Origin: Terriglobia bacterium
GTDB taxonomy: Bacteria; Acidobacteriota; Terriglobia; 20CM-2-55-15
DNA: 64,000 bases
Assembly (NCBI GenBank): GCA_965198225.1
Contig: CBDAOY010000007.1
Coordinates: forward strand, 224,001 to 288,000
Reading direction: 5' to 3'
The notes under the pieces are model-generated. The model worked only from the letters and a program-made list of their open reading frames with translations. It ran no database searches and was not told the DNA's origin. Both the position numbers and the translations under genes were made by a program. Position 1 is the first letter of the stretch. Each line of letters opens with the position of its first letter. Positions 56,911-64,000 of this stretch are shown in pieces.

Positions 56911-58128
56911 TCATCCCTTCGAAGTCCAGCCTGCACCTCCCGACAGGCCTGCCTGCTTCCCGAGCCAGGCGATCGCGTTCTCCACGAGCCGGATGTTGTC
57001 GCGCTGGCCCAGCGTGAGGATCTTCCAGGTTCCTGAGGCCACGACCCGTCCCTGGCCATATTGCCAGGCGGCGAGGATGGTGGGCTCGGATCGTGATGTC
57101 GGGACGTAGTCATGTATCTGGTGCAGGTATCCCTGGTCATCGGGTCGCCCAGTTGCTTCCACTACGACCGCCGAGTCAGCGCCGATCCGGATCTCGTACT
57201 CCGGCGTATCGATCGGCTCGATAGAGCAGGCAGAGAGGACCGCCAGCTCGCGAGCGCCGCGGCTAATTGGGTGATCATTGCTCGCTGGCAACTGGATCGC
57301 GACAGCGAATTCGCCGTTCGTATCGAAGCCCTGATCCTGGCACTCGCGGCGTGAGGTCCTCCCCCGCGGCATCACAATATCGTTTCGAAACGAAAACCCG
57401 AGCGCCCGGCCGAGAGAGCTAGGATTAGCAAGATGATGAATGTCCGCGAGGTAGAAGCCGAGCAGAAAGAGCCCACCGCCAGCCTGGACCCAGTCACGCA
57501 CGAGCATTACGTCCTCGCGGGAGAACTCGACGTGCCACCCGAGGGCCAACACCAGCACCCGGCAATCAGCCAAATCATCCATCTGCGCTGCGATGCCGGC
57601 GTCGAGTTCAAGCGCGTCGTCCTTGAGAATTCGCCCCGCGGCTGCCCTGAAGCCGTACCATTCGCGTTGGCCGTGAGAGACATCGAGGGCGACGGCCGGG
57701 TGTCGCCTCGCCTCCTAGGCCTTGTCGACCGCCGCCGCGATGGCCTGGGTCAGCGCCTCCGTCCCATCCCGCGTGCTACCGCAAACTAGCCCCCCTAGTA
57801 CTGGCGAGCGGCTCACGAGTTCCCTGTAGTCCATTTCGTGCAGCACCGGCAGGATCGTCTTCTTGTACTCTTGCATCGCCACAAGGCCCTGGAGTTCGGC
57901 CATAGTCCAGGACTTGTCAAAGAAGCTCTTGCTCAGGATCACGACTCCGAAGCGGCTCTTCTTGAGCCCGCCGTCGATCCCACTGAATAGCGGGTCGCCC
58001 AGCGTGAGCTCGCTCTCGTCGATCCACACGCGCAGGCCCTTCCGCTCAAGCGCGGCCGCGAGAGGTCTCGCGATAGTCGCCTTGTCCTCGCGCGCGTGGC
58101 TGATGAAGACGTCGTATTGTTTCGGCAT
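56911..58128 (-). pseudogene. TIR-domain protein fused to a GATase/DUF4350-like domain, interrupted by one in-frame TAG at 57715-57717
   Basis: YDVFISHA..DK...VWIDE...W.MAEL (TIR_2). After the TAG the same frame continues VALDVSHGQ into ORF 56911-57582 (WVQAGGGLFLLG, YGQGRVVASG). Confidence 0.75.
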
Positions 58129-58699
58129 AGTGTTCCGCCAGTATATTCGACGCCAGATTGTTCACTCACGAAGCCGGGTCGCCCAGATCGTCTAACCACC
58201 ATTCTGCAGAACTACGTAACCACACATATCAGGCACCGTTAGCCAGGTATCAACAGCCGGCCTTTTCTAAACACGATGGAAACAAATCAGGTTCTGGAAA
58301 GCGCCTCGCACGATATGCTGCAGGAATTGTGATCATAAATCCACGAGTTTGCTGGGGTGGAGCGATCGGGCTGCATACTGCTGGATTAGCTTCACTAAAG
58401 CTGTTCCTCCTCTATGTTGGTCTCCCGCGTTTCGGCTAAATCGCGTTACTCACGAGTGTCTTCGATGATTCGGGTTGCTTGAAGGGGGTCTCTCGGTCAA
58501 GGCATGGTAGCCCGCGTTTCCGAATCCTGTGGTGATCGCGCATAGATACGGCTATTCGTGGTTGACGGGAATGCACATTGGCCGAGGTAGACGAAGAAAA
58601 GAGACAGGCCTGCAGCTTTGTCTTCAAGCCAACCCGAGAACCGCGTTCCGTAATCGAGACCGCGGTGGTCGGGCCACGTAATGTGTTAAAAAGACTTGC

Positions 58700-61323
58700 A
58701 TGATCAACTACCGCTGGATGCGAACCGTTCGATTCGCCACTGTCGCATTTCTGACTCTCATCTGCCATCCGGGTCCATGGTTTGGCGAGTCATCTCATGT
58801 GTACGCCCAGGGCACTGCAAACCCGGTCGTTCGTGTCGAGACAGCGGTGGGCAATTTTTCTATCGAGCTGTTCGAACAGACCACGCCGGTCACGGTGGCG
58901 AACTTTCTCAACTATGTGAGAGATGGGGACTATACAGGAACGTTCTTCCATCGGGTTGTCCCCAATTTTGTCGTGCAGGGAGGCGGTTTTCGACTGGATT
59001 CCAATGGCACAGCGGTCGAGATTTCTAAGGACCCACCGATTGTAAATGAGTACAACATCTCCAACACCCGCGGCACCGTGGCGATGGCCAAACTGGGAGG
59101 AGATCCCAATAGTGCGACCAACCAGTGGTTCGTCAACCTGGCCGATAACTCCGCGAATCTCGATTCTCAGAATGGCGGGTTTACGGTGTTCGGGCGGGTG
59201 ATTGACGACGGCATGGACGTGGTCGATGCGATCGCGGCATTGCCGCTGTTCAATTTCGGCGGCGCGTTTACCGCGACGCCAACTATCAACTTCAGCGGGG
59301 TGGGCAATGTTCAGGCCGAAAACCTGGTAATTATGAACAGGGTGACCGTGGTTGAAACGGTGCTGGCATCGACGGGGGCAGTCACCCCGGAATCCGTAGC
59401 CGCCGGAGCGTCCGCCCTGTTTACCGTAATCGTCACGCCGGCGGCGAATCCAGTCAGCACCGGAATCACCGTCACCGCGGATTTGTCGGCAATCGGCGGG
59501 TCCTCGACACAGTCCCTCGTCGACGACGGAACGAACGGTGACGCCACGTCCGGCGACAACACCTTTTCGTTCCAGGTGACGGTTCCCGCCACAACGTCCA
59601 CAGGAACCAAGACGATCGCGGCGACCGTCGCCGATGGACAGTCGCGAACCAGCAGCTCCTCGATCACGCTGACAGTCACAAGGGCAATCGGCACCCAAAC
59701 GTTTTCGGTCACGGACCGTGGCGCAACCTTGAACTTCAGCCAGGGGACGTCGGCGAACACGACGGTCGGCTATGGCCGGATACGGCCGGACTCTGGAATG
59801 ACGACACCTTCTGGTTTGGCGATATTCGGTTTTACCCAGGATGGCGTTCTGGTCGCCGAGGCCGGGGTTCCCGCAACGGCACCGATTCAGCAGGGCCGCA
59901 TCTTCGCGGAAGTGGCTGGTCCGGTAAACACGGGACTGGCCATCGCCAACCCCAATGACGTCGATGCGACGATTTCCTTCTACTTCACAAACCTCGAGGG
60001 AACGAACTTTGGAGAAGGCAGCCTGACGCTGGGCGCCAACCAGCAGACAGCGAAGTTCCTGGATCAGGCTCCCTTCAACGGGGTTTCGATCCTGGGCACC
60101 TTCACGTTTACGTCCTCGGTGCCCGTGTCCGCGGTCGCCCTTCGAGGGTTTACGAACCAGCGTTCGGAATTCTTGACCACGACGCTACCGGTTGCGCCGT
60201 TGTCGTCGGCATCGTCGGACACCATCTATTTTCCTCACTTCGCGGATGGCGGCGGGTGGACGACTCAAGTCATCCTCGTGAACCCGACCGACGTTACTAT
60301 ACAGGAAGCGTGGAATTCCTCGGGCAGGGAAGCGGTGCCATCGCCGCCGCGCCCGTTACCCTGACCTTGGACGATGCTGCCACAGGATCCAGCTTTCTCT
60401 ACGCGATCGCTCCGCGCAGTCGGCCTTCACGTTTACGTCCTCGGTGCCCGTGTCCGCGGTCGCCCTTCGAGGGTTTACGAACCAGCGTTCGGAATTCTTG
60501 ACCACGACGCACAGGAAGCGTGGAATTCCTCGGGCAGGGAAGCGGTGCCATCGCCGCCGCGCCCGTTACCCTGACCTTGGACGATGCTGCCACAGGATCC
60601 AGCTTTCTCTACGCGATCGCTCCGCGCACATCGAAGCGTTTCACTACCTCAAACCCCGTGGGTTCGGTGTCTGTGGGTTCGGTCCGCGCCACTCCCGATA
60701 GCGGTAGCTCAACCCCCTCGGGGGTGGGCGTCTTTTCCCTGACCAGTGGAGGGATCACGGTTTCTGAGGCGGGTGTGCCGGCTCTGCCGACCGGATCCGC
60801 GTTTCGAGTCTATGTCGAAGCGTCGGGAACGACGGGCCAGGTGGGGTCGATCCGCAGTGGGCTTGCGGTTACCGACACGTCCGCTACCGCGAACACGGTG
60901 ACGCTGGAATTGACGAGCCTGGACGGATCCACAGTAGGTGCTGCCGAGACGTTGTCGCTTCCCCCTTCGGGGCAGGTGGCACAGTTTATCGATGAATTGT
61001 TCTCTCTGCCCGCCGACTTCTCGGGAGTGCTGAGAGTCACTTCGACTTCAGATATTGCACTGGTCGGGCTGAGAGGCCGAACGAATCAGCGTTCCGATTT
61101 TCTCATTACAACGACACCGCCATCGAACGAGGTCAGCACGCCGGCGAGCGTCGATATCTACTTCCCGCACATAGCGGATTCAGGGGGGTGGGCCACCCAG
61201 TTCGTTCTGTTCAGCGGTACGGCGGGCCAGGCGTCCGCCGGGACTTTGAGCTTCATCGACCAGGCCGGGCAGCCACTCGACCTGTCGGTCTTGTCATCCA
61301 GCAGCATATCGGGCATCAACTGA
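58700..61323 (+). CDS. Secreted cyclophilin-type PPIase with Ig-like/repeat domains; frame disrupted and locally duplicated at 60300-60630
   Basis: FFHRVVPNFVVQGGG, RGTVAMAK, SATNQWFVNL and FTVFGRV motifs; LVDDGTNGDATSGD; YFPH.ADGGGW.TQ twice. Confidence 0.8.
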
Positions 61324-61389
61324 TTTTCGCCGAACGGTATCCGTGTTCTGAGATCTCGGATGTGAGAGGGCGAAACTTCAGGATCGGGT

Positions 61390-61455
61390 GTAGGTGCGCT
61401 CTATGAGCGCACGTTGTAGCGGTTTGAGGAATGTGCGGTCATAGACCGCACCTAC
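61390..61455. repeat. Inverted GTAG-REP pair
   Basis: GTAGGTGCGCTCTATGAGCGCAC ... GTGCGGTCATAGACCGCACCTAC. Confidence 0.82.
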
Positions 61456-61474
61456 ACGTGGGCACCTTTAGATA

Positions 61475-62803
61475 ATGAAGCAGAGTGAGGCCATTCAAAA
61501 GCCGTTGACGCATCGGACCGTCCTTGCGATTGCTCTGTCGGTCATGATTTCCAACGTGTCGACTCCGCTCATCGGGGTTGTCGACACCGGCGTCGTCGGC
61601 CAGATCCCGGACCCGGTCTACATCGGAGCTGTCGCCATCGGTTCCCTGGTGTTCACGTTTCTCTTCTGGGCTTTCGGTTTCCTGCGGATGGGGACGACAG
61701 GGCTGACCGCGCAGGCGCTCGGTGCGGGGGACACCGACGAGTTGGTGGCGGGTCTCGGTCGCGCGTTGATGATCGCGGTCTCTGCGGGCGCCGGACTGCT
61801 CCTACTGCAGTGGCCTATCGGACAGGCCGCGTTCTTTCTGCTCGACGGCAGCCCGCAGGTCGAGCAACTCGCTCGTGACTATTTCGACATCCGAATCTGG
61901 TCGGCGCCCGCGGCATTCGCAAACTTCGCCTTGCTCGGCTGGTTCATCGGCCTCGGCCGCACCGACATCGGTCTGGTTTTGCAGCTCGTGTTGAACCTGA
62001 CCAACATGTCGCTGGATGCGCTGTTTGTGCTCGGTTTCGGTTGGGACGTCACCGGCGTCGCGCTCGGAACGCTGATCGCCGAAGTCGTCGCCGCAGCAGT
62101 CGGGCTTGCGGTCGCTGCCCGACATGTGCGGCGTCTCAGCGGGAGCTGGCCCATGGACAGGCTGCTGATCCCTGCACGGCTGCGGCGGACGATCGCTGTC
62201 AACGGAGACATCATGATCCGGTCGCTGGCGCTTGTTTTCGTGTTCGCCTGGTTCATGTCCGAAGGTGCACGGCAGGGGAATGTGATCCTGGCGGCAAATG
62301 CGGTTCTCATGCACTTCATCTCGATGGCAGCGTACTTCCTCGACGGGCTGGCGTTTGCTGCCGAAGCTCTGGTCGGTCGGTCGGTCGGGGCATCGCATCG
62401 GGCGGGCCTGAGGGCTGCGGCGCGTATGACCACGCTCTGGTCGGCGGGGGTCGCTGTGGCGATCTCCTCAGTCCTGGCCCTGCTCGGCACATTTTTTATC
62501 GATACGCTGACGGTTGACGCGGCGTCGCGTGCTGCGGCACGCACGTATCTGCCCTGGGCTGCAGCGGCGCCATTGCTTGGTGTCTGGGCGTTTCAGCTCG
62601 ACGGCATCTTCATCGGCGCAACCCGCTCGGTCGATATGCGAAATGCGATGCTCGCCTCACTCGCCATCTTTCTCGCCGCCTGGTGGCTGTTGACGCCGTA
62701 TGACAATCACGGACTCTGGGCCGCGCTTTACGTCCACTACGTGGCCCGTATCGGCACCTTGTCCTACTACTACCCGAGGTTGGTCCGTTCAGTCGAGGCG
62801 TGA
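61475..62803 (+). CDS. MATE-family efflux transporter (DinF-like)
   Basis: PLIGVVDTGVVGQ, FGFLRMGTTGLTAQA and FQLDGIFIGAT motifs; many TM segments. Confidence 0.92.
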   Translation: MKQSEAIQKPLTHRTVLAIALSVMISNVSTPLIGVVDTGVVGQIPDPVYIGAVAIGSLVFTFLFWAFGFLRMGTTGLTAQALGAGDTDELVAGLGRALMIAVSAGAGLLLLQWPIGQAAFFLLDGSPQVEQLARDYFDIRIWSAPAAFANFALLGWFIGLGRTDIGLVLQLVLNLTNMSLDALFVLGFGWDVTGVALGTLIAEVVAAAVGLAVAARHVRRLSGSWPMDRLLIPARLRRTIAVNGDIMIRSLALVFVFAWFMSEGARQGNVILAANAVLMHFISMAAYFLDGLAFAAEALVGRSVGASHRAGLRAAARMTTLWSAGVAVAISSVLALLGTFFIDTLTVDAASRAAARTYLPWAAAAPLLGVWAFQLDGIFIGATRSVDMRNAMLASLAIFLAAWWLLTPYDNHGLWAALYVHYVARIGTLSYYYPRLVRSVEA

Positions 62804-62832
62804 GGGGTATGGGCGAAACTTCAGGCTCAGGT

Positions 62833-62897
62833 GTAGGTGCGCTCTATGAGCGCACATGTTTCGGTTCGTAGAATGTGCGGTCATAGACCGCATCTAC
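62833..62897. repeat. Inverted GTAG-REP pair
   Basis: Same REP motif as 61390; both pairs are preceded by GGGCGAAACTTCAGG. Confidence 0.82.
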
Positions 62898-62985
62898 ACG
62901 GCTGGAGGCCGAAAAAAGAGAACGGCCGGAAGAGCGCTATACTCTCCCGGCCGCATTGATCTCAAGGGAATACTATTGCTTCGTC

Positions 62986-64000
62986 CTACCGATTCGGCCC
63001 CCCAGGCCCTTCGTCCTCGGTGGTCTTCATCGCCTCTCGCTTGGCGACCTCCTGATCGAACTCTTCCTGGCTCAGATAGGTGACGTCGACCCAGGCATGA
63101 GCCATTTCGTCGACCGTGCGGTCACCCCATCCGACCCACTGCGTGGGATCCGGGTTGTTGGGGTTGTTCTCCGTGTTGTCGTGCCAGGCCGTGATCACGA
63201 TCGTGGTACCTGCCGGCAGCAGCGGCGCCGCGTGGTCGGCATAGATGTAGTTGATGTGCCAGTTCCACTGGGGGTTGTCCGCCTGGCTCAGGATTTCGGT
63301 TCGTCCATCGGGATAGACCGCTTCCATCGTCATGGTCTTTCCACGCATGTGCATGTGGGGCTGGAAGTTCTCAAGTCGCGACGGCCACTTGAGGACGTGG
63401 AATTCCTGCGTCACCGCGACTTCACCCGGCGGGATGTCCAGGCCGTTGCGTCCCCTGGCGTCGAACATTCGTAATCGCGTACGGTTCGCGGGTTCGTTCC
63501 CCTTGTCATAGAACCAGACGCCCAGCTCGACGTAGCTGTCTTCCACGAGCTCGCCGATTGCGTGCATGTGGACTTCCCAGCGGATCTTGGAATCGGGCAG
63601 CATCACCTTGCCGGCGCCGTCAGGGAAGATCTCGCCGCGCTTTCCGACCGCCCACTCCATGAAGAGGCCTGGACCGCCCATCGCGCCCCGGCTGGTGGTC
63701 TGGACGCTTCCCGCACTCATTTCGCCTTCTTCCTCCTGCTGCTCGAGGAAGGCAAGTACATGGTGCATGATGGCCGTTCCTTGTTTGCCGATTGGCCGGA
63801 TTTCGATCGCCTTCACCCAACGCTCTTCAGTGAGCCCAGTCTCGTTCACCGGTCGGAACCACTTGTCCTGCGTCTGCGCCGCCAGCGTGTAAGGATCCGA
63901 GGCCACGACCAGGTCAGGCGCACCGAATTCCTCTTCGAACTGCCAGCCAAACGGATCGGGGAACTCGGCGGGCGGAGGCAGATCCTTCTCGTCACCGAAA
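62986..64000 (-). CDS. Copper type II ascorbate-dependent monooxygenase-like protein; 5' end outside window
   Basis: Candidate copper ligands in MHHVL, HMH, PHMHMRG and DEMAH motifs. Confidence 0.72.
   Translation of the reverse strand, partial: FGDEKDLPPPAEFPDPFGWQFEEEFGAPDLVVASDPYTLAAQTQDKWFRPVNETGLTEERWVKAIEIRPIGKQGTAIMHHVLAFLEQQEEEGEMSAGSVQTTSRGAMGGPGLFMEWAVGKRGEIFPDGAGKVMLPDSKIRWEVHMHAIGELVEDSYVELGVWFYDKGNEPANRTRLRMFDARGRNGLDIPPGEVAVTQEFHVLKWPSRLENFQPHMHMRGKTMTMEAVYPDGRTEILSQADNPQWNWHINYIYADHAAPLLPAGTTIVITAWHDNTENNPNNPDPTQWVGWGDRTVDEMAHAWVDVTYLSQEEFDQEVAKREAMKTTEDEGPGGPNR

Noticed and set aside
52247-62897. REP palindromes as CRISPR repeats
   Set aside because: They occur as intergenic inverted pairs with GTAG feet, which is typical of REP/BIME elements.

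Overview
This 64-kb window is GC-rich and bacterial. Its gene content (Ser/Thr kinase-TolB propeller proteins, DUF1592/DUF1552, DUF5916, many ankyrin and FN3/Calx-beta proteins) suggests Acidobacteriota, possibly host- or sponge-associated (inference). The left 36 kb is organised around one intact tRNA-Val(CAC) at 35763-35835, directly downstream of an excisionase and tyrosine integrase. The 5' half of that tRNA, ending exactly at the anticodon loop, recurs at 952, 11402 and 12317. Each copy sits in a conserved att-like junction with tandem TTGTTCAGT repeats, and a fourth, tRNA-less left end lies at 18746. These junctions divide the region into tandem units: a kinase unit cut by the window edge, a 10.45-kb kinase/amidase unit, a 915-bp TA-like unit, and a 23.4-kb unit carrying HipBA, a QueC-like/ImmA/PIN module, conjugation remnants and the only intact integrase. 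I interpret this as a candidate tRNA-anchored, integron-like array of integrase-less cassettes that restore the tRNA 5' end. To the right lie a second integrase remnant, IS1182/IS3 elements, CTAG-flanked MITEs, a Dcd + GNAT-ASCH pair, truncated lpxC and polA, GTAG-REP clusters, an attC-like site and an amber-interrupted TIR gene. Several abrupt in-frame gene fusions and exact internal duplications may be assembly artefacts. All calls were made by eye from motifs; no searches were run.
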